From positions 68,636-132,635 of the IMG/VR virus record IMGVR_UViG_3300028914_000003: a DNA stretch of 64,000 bases; one strand, written 5' to 3'. The DNA is from a virus (Duplodnaviria; Caudoviricetes). Of the stretch, positions 1 through 9,170 are shown piece by piece. Position numbers and translations under genes: made by a program. The first letter of the stretch is position 1; the number at the start of each line of letters is the position of its first letter. Under the pieces are notes generated by a model. The model made no database searches. It had not been told where the DNA came from and saw nothing but the letters and a program-made list of their open reading frames with translations.

Positions 1-31
1 ACTCCTCGTCGTCTGTGTCGCCGACGCGCTT

Positions 32-484
32 TTATGATACGCTGCTGGCAAATTTGCTGTCGCCTGAGATGGGGTTGTCGACGTGCAGTGGCATGTTGCG
101 CTTGCGGTAGACCATGTCCTGACGCTTGCGGATGATGGGATCCTGCGGATGACGGCTGAACGAATGGCGCGTCGGGTCAAACTCGCCACAGTCCAACTCG
201 CGCTTCATGTTGCAGGCCGGCCGGAACTTCAGGCGTTTGGTAGCTGGATAGTGGCGCATCTCGTCGGTGTCCTTATACGCATAGCGGCGAACGCGCTCCG
301 GCACGTCGACAACGGCAAAGGTGCCGAACGAGTCGATGGGCACACACGGGTAGTGGCCCTCTATGAGTCTGTATCTGATCTCGTCGAAGACAGCCGGCAG
401 CACCGTCTCGACGGTCGCCTGGCAGATGCCGCTGCGCTTACTGACGGCCGCGGCCAGTTTCTGAAGGTTTTGTTTGGGGAGCAT
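32..484 (-). CDS. HU/IHF-like DNA-binding protein
   Basis: N-terminal helices, then IDSFGTFAV and KRLKFRPA, matching the HU GFGxF and (K/R)F(R/K)P motifs. Confidence 0.75.
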   Translation of the reverse strand: MLPKQNLQKLAAAVSKRSGICQATVETVLPAVFDEIRYRLIEGHYPCVPIDSFGTFAVVDVPERVRRYAYKDTDEMRHYPATKRLKFRPACNMKRELDCGEFDPTRHSFSRHPQDPIIRKRQDMVYRKRNMPLHVDNPISGDSKFASSVS

Positions 485-552
485 AACTGGATGTTAGATG
501 TATGATATATATTAAACTGTGTTAAAGGTGTGTTACAAAAATACCCAATGCC

Positions 553-855
553 CTACAACACTCTTAGAATGAAGTCGTCGGCGCGCAAAATGCAGCAGTC
601 ACGGAGCCTTCTGGTCTGGCCGCTGGCGGTGAACTGTACGAGCCTGGACGGGTAGGCACCAGGACTGTCATCGGTATAGACAGCGAGCGTGACGCACTCC
701 TCTCCGCAGATCACGTCGCCGTTGGAGGCTGCGACGTACCAGACACGCCAAGGAACACGGACATTGACCATTGACCATTGACCATTGACCATTTGCCGTT
801 CGGTGGTAAACCGCTCTGCCACGCGTCGAAGTTCTGATAATGACAGTGTTTTCAT
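553..855 (-). CDS. hypothetical protein (100 aa, start MKTLSL)
   Basis: ATG at 855 overlaps the upstream stop (ATGA); contains a heptamer repeat encoding MVNGQWSMVN. Confidence 0.6.
   Translation of the reverse strand: MKTLSLSELRRVAERFTTERQMVNGQWSMVNVRVPWRVWYVAASNGDVICGEECVTLAVYTDDSPGAYPSRLVQFTASGQTRRLRDCCILRADDFILRVL
762..793. repeat. heptamer tandem repeat (CATTGAC)x4.5
   Basis: cattgac at 762, 769, 776 and 783, plus a partial copy. Confidence 0.9.
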
Positions 856-1436
856 TTGGCAAATATCTTTTTCAACAGCACAAGCATCCATGACTTTTTC
901 CTGAACGTTATTGCTCCTGCAAGCGCGGCAAGCAATACGAGCGCAATGTTACCGAACCACAGCCGAGCCTGCTGCCACCATGACAGTGGATTGGACACTT
1001 TCTTTACGACTGTCTTCTCCTTGGACTGAATCAAAGATTCTGCATGACTGAGCTGCTGCTGGAGTACGCGCATTGTCGAGTCCTGGATATCGAGACGGTG
1101 CATCAGCATCTCGCGCTCCTGACGGTCACTCTCCCTGGTCGTCTCGCGTACATTATTGATAATAGTCGTCTCCTTGATAACCTTACCAGCAGAATCCACC
1201 ACGACATAGTGGCTGGTATCGCTCTTCTCTTTGATGCTCTCAAACTGCCTCAGTATTGTTTCGCGCCATGCACTATCCTGCTGTACGACGGTCTTTGTCT
1301 TGATGACTGAGTCCATACGGTCCATCAGCGTCTGTACCCGGTGCTGCTCTACATAAGAAGTCTCTTGCTTTGTGGTGGCACAGGCAGCCATCAACATGCA
1401 GGCTGCCACCATTGTAATAAGATGTTGTCTTTTCAT
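852..1436 (-). CDS. lipoprotein with C-terminal TM helix; candidate unimolecular spanin
   Basis: Signal peptide with lipobox LMAA-C, coiled-coil middle, C-terminal hydrophobic helix FGNIALVLLAALAGAITF followed by RKK. Confidence 0.65.
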   Translation of the reverse strand: MKRQHLITMVAACMLMAACATTKQETSYVEQHRVQTLMDRMDSVIKTKTVVQQDSAWRETILRQFESIKEKSDTSHYVVVDSAGKVIKETTIINNVRETTRESDRQEREMLMHRLDIQDSTMRVLQQQLSHAESLIQSKEKTVVKKVSNPLSWWQQARLWFGNIALVLLAALAGAITFRKKSWMLVLLKKIFAK

Positions 1437-1451
1437 AACTCCCTTTTTCCG

Positions 1452-1487
1452 GAAATATAGAACGGCGATGTCCGTTTGTAAAGGGCA
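1452..1487 (-). promoter_or_regulatory. phage late-type promoter motif (variant)
   Basis: TGCCCTTT-N20-TATATTTC upstream of the spanin-like gene. Confidence 0.55.
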
Positions 1488-1488
1488 G

Positions 1489-1540
1489 AAAAAGAGGCGC
1501 CACCGTCCTAAGATATAAGTTACAACAAGGACAGTGGCGC
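1489..1540 (-). terminator. intrinsic terminator
   Basis: 13-bp stem 1497-1509/1528-1540 followed by a U-tract on the minus strand. Confidence 0.65.
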
Positions 1541-1572
1541 TACAAAATTACAGAAAATGTCGCCTCTCGGCG

Positions 1573-1642
1573 TTTGGGGAGCGGATTCGCACCGCCGGTC
1601 TCCTGGTTACTCCAGGCGAGCTGCTTGATGCTCTTTTCCGCA
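1573..1642 (-). ncRNA. degenerate tRNA-like structure within a short non-coding transcript
   Basis: D-arm GAGC/GCTC, arm CCTGG-AGTAA-CCAGG, T-arm GGCGG-TGCGAAT-CCGCT; the acceptor stem does not pair. Confidence 0.45.
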
Positions 1643-1724
1643 TGTGGTCCCGCAATATGACAAACGGGGCTTAATGGTCAAGGTGTGTGCAAGGCTGTTT
1701 TGTTATCTGCCTTGTATTGCGGTG

Positions 1725-1756
1725 CAAAGTTACTCATTTTTTTAATAACGACCAAA
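1725..1756 (-). promoter_or_regulatory. Bacteroidetes consensus promoter
   Basis: TTTG-N20-TAACTTTG on the minus strand. Confidence 0.75.
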
Positions 1757-1764
1757 CTATTAAA

Positions 1765-2320
1765 GAGTTATCTGATTATAAAAATGAAATTTTTTCGCGT
1801 AGTTATCAAATTATCTGGCAGTTCCAAAAACCAAAAATAAAACATATTTCGCTGATTATCAGTTATTTACACACTATTTTTGCGGTTATTTTTTTATTTC
1901 TTCTTAGGAAAAGTATATGAAAAAATAAATAAAAAAACATATAATATGTATATAACTATCTGATAATCAATCTTTTTCTTTATTTGTTTATATTTATTTT
2001 ATTAAATGTGGAGTGCGAGGAGTGCCGTATACATGCGGTGAGTTTGCTTGATGAATAACGGAAGTTCTTCATGTTGTACTTTTACTTTTTATATACTTTT
2101 ATCTGAAAAACGCCTTTTTCAGATAACTGCCCTATTTTCATAGTATAACATACTGATAACCAGTATAGTTACGAGTTATCTGAACGTCAGATAACTAAAC
2201 GCCAAAAAACCGCCAAAAATACATTGTAACATTCTGATTTTCAGCAGTTCCACAAATTTATCAAAACAGTTATTTTTTTGCATTTGATTTATGGAAATCA
2301 TGGCATTTTCAGATAACTGT
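1765..2320. repeat. AT-rich region with dispersed AGTTATCTGA-like motifs
   Basis: Several copies in both orientations; palindrome AGTTATCTGA-ACG-TCAGATAACT at 2174-2196. Confidence 0.6.
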
Positions 2321-2398
2321 CAAATCATTTGTCGCGTATGGAAAAGTTTTCGTACCTTTGCACAGCGGCAGCAGTGTCGCCCCTTAAACTACAAACCT

Positions 2399-3022
2399 AT
2401 GGATAAGAGTTTCAGACTGCCGGCAGTTGCCTGGCTTCGCGTCGCCGACTATCAGCATAGCTGGCTGCAGCGTGAGCTTGGAGGAGAACTACGCATCAAG
2501 GACCAGAGGGTCATTAGCATCCAGCATCTGCAAGGCGCGCGCGAGGTATTCAGAATGGAGACCTTCAATGATACCGAACAGACAAGACACGTCTGCAATG
2601 CCATGTCTGCGACACGCAGGAACATTATCGAAACCGGTATCAGTATCGACCCCGAGACCACAGAACGTCTCTTCGGCGTAACCAAGGAGAACATCGGGTT
2701 CTTTCTTCCTATCGAATGCCCGAAGATGTGTATGAACGCAAATGGTGTTCTCAGACCGTGGGCACCTGAGACATGCTTCGGAAAACAGCAGGCATCTGAG
2801 CTGCAGCTGTTACTGCGCCGTGAGTTCTGGAAGGCCGTGGCCGATTTTGACGCGGCATTTGCCAAGGAATCAGGTGGAAAGCGCTACCCTATCGCCAGAA
2901 TGATCGAGGCTTTCTGTGTCCAGACACGCACGCCAGACCTGTATGTAGAAGCCATGAGAAGGGAATGGCAGAGAATCGTCCAGAAGGGACGTAAACATCA
3001 TGCAGCAAAAAAGTTAATGTAA
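2399..3022 (+). CDS. hypothetical protein (start MDKSFRL)
   Basis: TACCTTTG promoter element at 2353-2360 places the start at ATG 2399 rather than 2291. Confidence 0.7.
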   Translation: MDKSFRLPAVAWLRVADYQHSWLQRELGGELRIKDQRVISIQHLQGAREVFRMETFNDTEQTRHVCNAMSATRRNIIETGISIDPETTERLFGVTKENIGFFLPIECPKMCMNANGVLRPWAPETCFGKQQASELQLLLRREFWKAVADFDAAFAKESGGKRYPIARMIEAFCVQTRTPDLYVEAMRREWQRIVQKGRKHHAAKKLM

Positions 3023-3049
3023 GTTAAAGGGCGTTACAAACACGCTCTT

Positions 3050-3916
3050 TTACCTGCGCATGTCACTGCCTTCCAGCTTGATAGCCCTTGTGATGGCACG
3101 CAGGCGACTGATGACTGCAGATCCGTAGCGTTCCTCGATAGACGTCGGATATGGCCATGGGCCTTTCAATCCAGCAGGCTTCGGTGTCGTACTAAGATTA
3201 GTCGTAATAATAAGCAGCTTCCCCTGACGCTCCGCGGCATCGCACAGCTCGAAGAACGGTGTGCGCCGGTTCCCGTAGGTACGCGTCTCGACAGGTTCCT
3301 TTCCGAGGTCATCAATGATGATACAGCGCTCTTTCATCAGTTCGTCGATACGCTGGTTCATCTCCTGTGCGGACACCGATACATATCTGATTTTCCTCTC
3401 TGCCAGAAACGCCGCCAACACCTTACTGCACAGGCACGTCTTCCCGAGTCCAGGTGTTCCTACAAGGAGCAGCCCCCTACCCTTGTTGTCTGCGAGCCAT
3501 TCCGCGACGCGGTCATAATCCGGCAGCCACCTGCAGCTGTCACCAATGAAATACCTCAGGCCGTCCTCCATGCGCTTACGTGCGTTTTCGACTGCGACAT
3601 GCGGAATCGTCTGTGTACCCTGAAAAGATTCCGTTCCTGACGGCTGCTGCCCGCCACGTTCCTGCAGGACTCTGTACCTAAGCGTGAATCCGCTGCCAAA
3701 AGCCGCTAACAAGATTTCCGACATCAGGCGCTGGCAGAACATCTCCAGATATTCATAGACATAGCGGCTCGGCACGCGCAAAACCACAACGTTCTGTTCG
3801 GCATCATAGCTGTCTATAGCCACGTCCGCGAACCACACGTTGTATATCCGCTCATTATTCACTCTCTCGCGGATCGCCGCGAGACACTGTTCCCATTTCC
3901 TCTGACTCTCTTCCAT
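3050..3916 (-). CDS. DnaA N-terminal domain fused to a DnaC/IstB-like AAA+ ATPase (putative helicase loader)
   Basis: N-terminus WEQCLAAIRERV..YNVWF..LRVPSRYVYEYLE resembles DnaA domain I; Walker A GTPGLGKT, Walker B IIIDDLGKE, ITTNL, ERYGSAVISRL. Confidence 0.8.
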   Translation of the reverse strand: MEESQRKWEQCLAAIRERVNNERIYNVWFADVAIDSYDAEQNVVVLRVPSRYVYEYLEMFCQRLMSEILLAAFGSGFTLRYRVLQERGGQQPSGTESFQGTQTIPHVAVENARKRMEDGLRYFIGDSCRWLPDYDRVAEWLADNKGRGLLLVGTPGLGKTCLCSKVLAAFLAERKIRYVSVSAQEMNQRIDELMKERCIIIDDLGKEPVETRTYGNRRTPFFELCDAAERQGKLLIITTNLSTTPKPAGLKGPWPYPTSIEERYGSAVISRLRAITRAIKLEGSDMRR

Positions 3917-3932
3917 GCCGTTTCCTTATTAT

Positions 3933-5129
3933 CTACCATTCTTCCATGTCTACATGCCCGGAAGACCGCTGACCGCACGTGTCGACCACCTTCTGAGCTG
4001 CCATCTCGTCAATGAAGTTACGCAGAGAGACCAGGGCATGACCGCGGTAGTCGCTGATGGTTACGCCCTCAATACGTCCTGCACGAACATCTGCGTAATA
4101 CTGGCGAAGCTCCAGTGCCTTGTCACGCAGCCGTGTGTACTTCGCGGCAGGTATCTGCTTGATAAGTCTGTTGGCATCCGTCACGTTCAGTCCCAGTGAT
4201 ACGATGCCGGAACGCAAGTCCGTAGCGTCCTGGCTCTCCAGTTGTGCGCGCTTGATGTTTCTACCCAAGTCCGTTAAGTGTATATGGAACACTATATTCT
4301 CCGGCGTACCGCGCTTCTTGCCTGCAGGATACTCGAACTCATAGTCGAAGGTGCAGTCGATGCGGTCGGCTGCTTCGGCAATCTCCTTGCGGGCTGGCTC
4401 CAGCACACGCTTCTTGAAATCGTTGATATCCTTATATTTATCTACCGTCACCTTCTGTGTCGTCTCGTCATAGGACGTGAGTAGTATCTTTCTCAGTTTC
4501 TCGTATGAAATAACCCACCTCTCAAGCTGCTTGTTCGCGTTGATAAGCAGGTATATACGACCGGCGTAGTTGCTCGAAAACAGGAAGATGGCGTCCTTCA
4601 GGTAGCGGTGGTATGGTGTGATATGGAACAAATCCTTTGCCGTCGATTCCGTCATGTGCAGGTAGATGTTCTGCCGGCGCTTTCCGGGAATATCCTTGTC
4701 GATGTCGATAACAGGAAATGCCACGGTATAACGCATCTTCCCGTCCACCTCCTTCTCATACACGATACGCTGCATCGCCTTTGCCGCCACGTCGACATCG
4801 CTGTAGTGTGTGGGTTCCACACCCAGTTCCGAGTAAGCCACCTTGAAGGTAAGATACTTTGAGCGGTCGTCCTGCGAGATAGGCTTATAGTCTTCTGACT
4901 CGAACAGGTCGCCGGTAAATCCGACCTTCGCCTTTCTGTCCAGTGCGCGCCTGATTTTGTCCTGCAGCTTCTCCATGATGGTCGTCTGTATGCGTGTCTG
5001 CATCATCGACATCTCGCCGTTCAGGTACGTGATTGTGATAGGCTGCATAATCATCTTACGCTGCTCTACGGGGACGCTGCTGATAATCTCCTGCTTCAGC
5101 TGCTCTGCTTTGCGTGATTTTCGTGCCAT
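3933..5129 (-). CDS. plasmid-type replication initiator (Rep_3/RepB-like winged helix)
   Basis: SSNYAGRIYLL and YKDINDFKKRVLEPARKEI motifs; lies next to an iteron array. Confidence 0.85.
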   Translation of the reverse strand: MARKSRKAEQLKQEIISSVPVEQRKMIMQPITITYLNGEMSMMQTRIQTTIMEKLQDKIRRALDRKAKVGFTGDLFESEDYKPISQDDRSKYLTFKVAYSELGVEPTHYSDVDVAAKAMQRIVYEKEVDGKMRYTVAFPVIDIDKDIPGKRRQNIYLHMTESTAKDLFHITPYHRYLKDAIFLFSSNYAGRIYLLINANKQLERWVISYEKLRKILLTSYDETTQKVTVDKYKDINDFKKRVLEPARKEIAEAADRIDCTFDYEFEYPAGKKRGTPENIVFHIHLTDLGRNIKRAQLESQDATDLRSGIVSLGLNVTDANRLIKQIPAAKYTRLRDKALELRQYYADVRAGRIEGVTISDYRGHALVSLRNFIDEMAAQKVVDTCGQRSSGHVDMEEW

Positions 5130-5162
5130 AATAAATGAGTATTGTTGTAACTTTTGGCCGCG

Positions 5163-5725
5163 AAGTTACAAAAATGTCCGAATAGTTCCAAGCGTTTCAG
5201 TATTTATTTTCAGACGGTTAGGCTTATTTAACATTTACAAATAACAAACATAGTTACGTTTTTGTCCGAGAATAGTTGCGTTTTTGTCCGTGTTCTAACC
5301 AGTACTTCCGAAACTGTCCGAATGTGTCATAGTTACGTTTTTGTCCGAGAATAGTTACGTTTTTGTCCAGAAAGAACTACGGATCTGTCCGGATGCTATT
5401 ACGCTTTTGTCCGAGTACACTTCCGGAACTGTCCGAATAAAGTTCCGTATATGTCCGAATTACATATTATATATAACTGATTTTCAGTAAGTTGCATAAC
5501 GACAATATACTATATCTTATATATACCAATAATAAAAATAGAGATTTGTCCGACTCATTCTTTTTTATTTTTTTTATCTGCAGAGTAAATCCATGTGAAG
5601 CGTAAGTATCTGATTATCAGCTCTCCCTTATTTGGGCCTATAATCCGGACACATTTGTAACTTGGACAAAAACGTAACTCGGACATTTCAGTAACTCCAT
5701 TTTCAACTCGGACATTTATGTAACT
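5163..5725. repeat. iteron array / replication origin
   Basis: Consensus AGTTACGTTTTTGTCCG. TGTCC cores at 5342, 5364, 5386, 5408, 5430 and 5452 (exact 22-bp period), more near 5175, 5263, 5285 and 5315. AT-rich core ~5460-5580; inverted copies at 5646, 5663, 5680 and 5709. Confidence 0.9.
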
Positions 5726-5879
5726 AAAGATGACGACCTTGAAGATAAGTCTTGTCGGCAACACCTCTCCCCCTACCCCCTCCCCTATGTGGAAGTTAAA
5801 AGTGATAAGAGAAAATACAAACCGCCAGACAACGGATGTGCCTGGCGGTGTGAAACGGTGACGGATTGTCACTGGTTGC

Positions 5880-7454
5880 TTAGCCCTTCTGATTCTCTTT
5901 TTTGAAGGCGTCACGGGCTGCGGCCAGGCCGTACTTGAAGTCCTTCTCCGAGTCGATGCCTGCCGACTCCAGGTACCTGACGTAGAGATCGCAGGTCACG
6001 TCGTCGTCGCAGCGGACGATACGCTCGCGGGCGAACTTCAGGATGTCGCGCTCGGTGATGAACTCGGCGTTGAAGGTGACGCTGCGCTGGCTATTGTAAT
6101 AGTCCTCGAAGGCGCGTATCACATTATCCTTCTCGCCGCGCTGCAGTGCTTCCATGCTGCTGACGGGCAGCACCACGAGGTTGACCTGCGGGTTATAATC
6201 CCAGTTACCGAAGGCTCCGAGGTTGCCACAGATCTGGCAGAAGCAGTCCATGCGCCCCATCAGTCCCGTCGGCGGGAAGTAGAGCTCCTTACCGGCGATG
6301 GTGTTCACCGGGTACTGCAGCTCATGGCGGTGCTTGCGATAGTGGGCGACGGTGAAGTTCAGGTCCTTGCGCGCCGGAGGCGGCACGTTGAAGTCGGCAG
6401 GCGTGAGCGAGCGGTCGTAGAGCAGGCGGTCGAGGTCTGCATCGCCACAGATACGTGCGATGTTGTAGCCGTTGTGGATGAGCGTGTCAAGCTCCTTGAT
6501 TTTCGCAGGACCTACGTTGCGCTCTCCACGGATGACGACCTGGATGTTCTTGGTGATGGCCGGCTTCAGGTCGGCGCCCATCTCCTTCAGTGCCTCGCGC
6601 AGCTGCTTGCGCCCGATATGGAAGAAACCTGTCAGCACGACGGCTGCACCGTAGATGGGGTTGGTATCGGCTGTATTCAGGCTCGAGTAGTCCACGTCGT
6701 CTGTTCCGTCCTCTGACTTGTCGAACTGTTTGTTGTAGAAGGTGGGTGCTGGTGCCGGTTCCACTGCTCCATCGTCGCCAGACGACGAGCTGGTTGACGC
6801 CAGTGCTTCTGCAAACAGGTCGAGCTGCTGTGCCTGATAGTGACGGTTCTTCTCATTCTCTGCCTCGCGCTTCTTCCTGTCATACTCCGCCATCATGCGA
6901 TTTGACAGTTCCCAGTCCGGCTGCCTTCCCTGCTGCCAGGCGATGATGGCCTGCGCACACATGACAGAGTCCGCTCCTGCGTCGTGGTGGTTCTCGTACG
7001 GGATGCCGAGCGCATAGCAGCATGCCTGCAGTCCCCTTCCGTCGTTCCACGACTTCATGCACGGACGCGGGAAGAGAAGGATTGACTCGTTGATGACAAG
7101 CGGCTCATGTGGGATATGATAGTAGTCGGTGAGATTCTTCTCAATCACCCGCCTCTCGGTGCTGGTGGCATTGTGCGCCCACAGCTGGCGACCGCGAAGG
7201 TAAGGCTCTATCTCCGGCCACACCTCCGGCAGCGTCGGCGAGTCCTCGGTGTCGGCTGGCGTCATGTGATGGATGGCCGTCTGGCCTGCTCCGTAGCGGT
7301 TGTCCTTCGGTCTGATCTTCCATGTGTGCGGCTGCTGCACCACCCCACCCTTCACCTCGGCCAGCCCGAACTGGCAGATATACTGGTCGTGGTCTGCATA
7401 TTCAACGTCGATAACCACGAAGTCGTCTTTAGGTTTTTCGTTATATGTATCCAT
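5880..7454 (-). CDS. DEDDh 3'-5' exonuclease with BRCT domain(s)
   Basis: VVIDVE, WAHNA and HDAGADS exonuclease motifs; BRCT-like VVLTGFF..RKQL..MGA..ITKN and a second BRCT-like segment. Confidence 0.85.
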   Translation of the reverse strand: MDTYNEKPKDDFVVIDVEYADHDQYICQFGLAEVKGGVVQQPHTWKIRPKDNRYGAGQTAIHHMTPADTEDSPTLPEVWPEIEPYLRGRQLWAHNATSTERRVIEKNLTDYYHIPHEPLVINESILLFPRPCMKSWNDGRGLQACCYALGIPYENHHDAGADSVMCAQAIIAWQQGRQPDWELSNRMMAEYDRKKREAENEKNRHYQAQQLDLFAEALASTSSSSGDDGAVEPAPAPTFYNKQFDKSEDGTDDVDYSSLNTADTNPIYGAAVVLTGFFHIGRKQLREALKEMGADLKPAITKNIQVVIRGERNVGPAKIKELDTLIHNGYNIARICGDADLDRLLYDRSLTPADFNVPPPARKDLNFTVAHYRKHRHELQYPVNTIAGKELYFPPTGLMGRMDCFCQICGNLGAFGNWDYNPQVNLVVLPVSSMEALQRGEKDNVIRAFEDYYNSQRSVTFNAEFITERDILKFARERIVRCDDDVTCDLYVRYLESAGIDSEKDFKYGLAAARDAFKKENQKG

Positions 7455-7460
7455 AGGTAT

Positions 7461-7549
7461 TATTGCTTTATTGAATTATTGTGTTACTGCAATATTGCAA
7501 TAGTGCCGTATTGTTATAATGCCATTATGCACTATTGACGTATTGCGTT
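7461..7549. repeat. degenerate 8-bp tandem repeats (TTGCAATA-like), centromere-like
   Basis: About 11 in-phase octamers directly downstream of the par genes. Confidence 0.75.
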
Positions 7550-7937
7550 ACATAGACGACGAGCTGTTGTCTGAGGACTTTCGGCCTTTCCATCCATATC
7601 CGTAGGGAAGTCCAAAGGCTTGGTCGTACTGCTCGCTTGTAATGATGCCCTCGGCTTCCAGTCCCTTCAGTATCAACTCGAAGAAGAAGCGCTTGGCGGT
7701 GAGGTCGCGGTCTTCTGCGGCTCGTGATGCCAGGCGGTGGATTGACTTGGGGAGGAAGCACAAGGCTCCGACAGCTTTCTCAGCGGCCATTCCAGTCGGT
7801 TCCGGTATAGAACTCGTAGAGTGGCTATTATCCCCTACCCTACTCTCCATTGCTCGTTTGCGCTGCAGAATATCTTCCGGAGACTCTCCGAGAATCTGCT
7901 GCGACTTTTCCTGTTTGCTTTTTCCAAATGCTGCCAT
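7548..7937 (-). CDS. ParG-like ribbon-helix-helix partition partner
   Basis: Small gene after parA; disordered N-terminus, then CFLPKSIHRLASRAAEDRDLTAKRFFFELILKGL. Confidence 0.65.
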   Translation of the reverse strand: MAAFGKSKQEKSQQILGESPEDILQRKRAMESRVGDNSHSTSSIPEPTGMAAEKAVGALCFLPKSIHRLASRAAEDRDLTAKRFFFELILKGLEAEGIITSEQYDQAFGLPYGYGWKGRKSSDNSSSSM

Positions 7938-7963
7938 GGCTCTATTTGACTATTTAATATTTA

Positions 7964-8131
7964 TTGCATTACTGTTTTATTGACTTATTGAACTATTGCA
8001 TTACTGTTTTATTGCCATATTGCAATATCGTACAACTCTTTTATTGCTTTATCGCAATAGAGCAGTATTGCAATATCTTATTATTTCATTATCGCCATAT
8101 TGCATTACTGCACTATTGCATTATTGCAATA
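7964..8131. repeat. degenerate 8-bp tandem repeats (TTGCAATA/TTGCATTA), centromere-like
   Basis: About 21 in-phase octamers between parA and its partner; further copies at 9030-9070 next to the parA promoter. Confidence 0.8.
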
Positions 8132-8957
8132 ATGTTTTAGTGCGTTTGACGATTTCATTGGCCAGCATGGTAAACTCGTCGCGTGACGTGCTTGCACCTG
8201 CGATGGAGTAGATGCTGGTGAACTCGCGCTGGCTTTTGGCAACGGCCTCACGCTCGCTTATAACAACAGGAAGTACTTGTTTGGCGTACCTGTCTCTTAG
8301 CAACTCTTCCGCCTCTCGCTGCCCCTTGATGTTGGACTTGCGGCGTGATATCAGGAAACCGAGGTTCTGCAGCTCGTCGTTCTCGCTCTCGCGAATCTCC
8401 TGGATGTATGCCAGGTAGTTCTGCAGTCCATGAAGAGCAAACCCTTCGAGGTTGATAGGAACAAGAACGGCATTGACGGCAATAAGGATATTGTCGATGA
8501 GTACCTGTGGGCCGACCGGTGAGTCTATCAGGATATAGTCGAAATCATCAATCCAGTCCGTCAGTCCCTTTCCCGTATGGTCGTCAGGTGCCTTCTGGAG
8601 GGCACGCGTCAGTTTCATAGCCGGGTTGCGCATCGTCGGCAGCTGCTGGTCCACCTTGTTCATAATAGAGGTGGACGGACAGTAGAAGAGTCCCGACTTG
8701 CTCTGGTAGACGGGAATTGGCGCTTCCTCACAGAGTACGTTGTAGATGGTGGGGTAGTGCTGCAGTTCGAGATCCGGGTCCCATTCCAGGCAGCTGGACA
8801 GATTGGCCTGACGGTCCATGTCAATGACCATCACACGGTATCCCTGCAGATGCAGGGCCATGGCCAGGTTCAGGGTGGTCGTAGTCTTGCCTACGCCTCC
8901 TTTGTAGTTGCCGATGCCAATAACAGCACGCAACTGTGTCTTGCGTTTTTTATCCAT
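8121..8957 (-). CDS. parA: ParA/Soj partition ATPase
   Basis: KGGVGKTT, IDMDRQANL and DYILIDSP; TATCTTTG at 9012-9019 supports the start at 8957. Confidence 0.92.
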   Translation of the reverse strand: MDKKRKTQLRAVIGIGNYKGGVGKTTTTLNLAMALHLQGYRVMVIDMDRQANLSSCLEWDPDLELQHYPTIYNVLCEEAPIPVYQSKSGLFYCPSTSIMNKVDQQLPTMRNPAMKLTRALQKAPDDHTGKGLTDWIDDFDYILIDSPVGPQVLIDNILIAVNAVLVPINLEGFALHGLQNYLAYIQEIRESENDELQNLGFLISRRKSNIKGQREAEELLRDRYAKQVLPVVISEREAVAKSQREFTSIYSIAGASTSRDEFTMLANEIVKRTKTLLQ

Positions 8958-9112
8958 AATTGAAATGTTTTGTGGAACGGCTATCGGGCCGTCCGGTGTT
9001 GTAACTCGGTGCAAAGATAGGAATTATTATTGAAATATTGCAATATTGCAGTAACTTTTTATTGCAATAATATCGAAAATAAGTATTATTAACATTTGCG
9101 TCCAATGCCGTC

Positions 9113-9148
9113 TGCCCTTGACCATTGTATCTGCTCTATGTATCTTGG
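9113..9148 (+). promoter_or_regulatory. phage late-type promoter motif
   Basis: TGCCCTTG-N20-TATCTTGG. Confidence 0.7.
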
Positions 9149-9170
9149 GCAAAAAAGATATTTTTTTATT

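Noticed and set aside
1573-1642. Functional tRNA gene
   Set aside because: The acceptor stem does not pair, there is no CCA, and the anticodon loop is non-canonical.
5250-5460. Regular repeats resembling a CRISPR array
   Set aside because: The period is 22 bp with no unique spacers and no cas genes; position next to rep indicates iterons.
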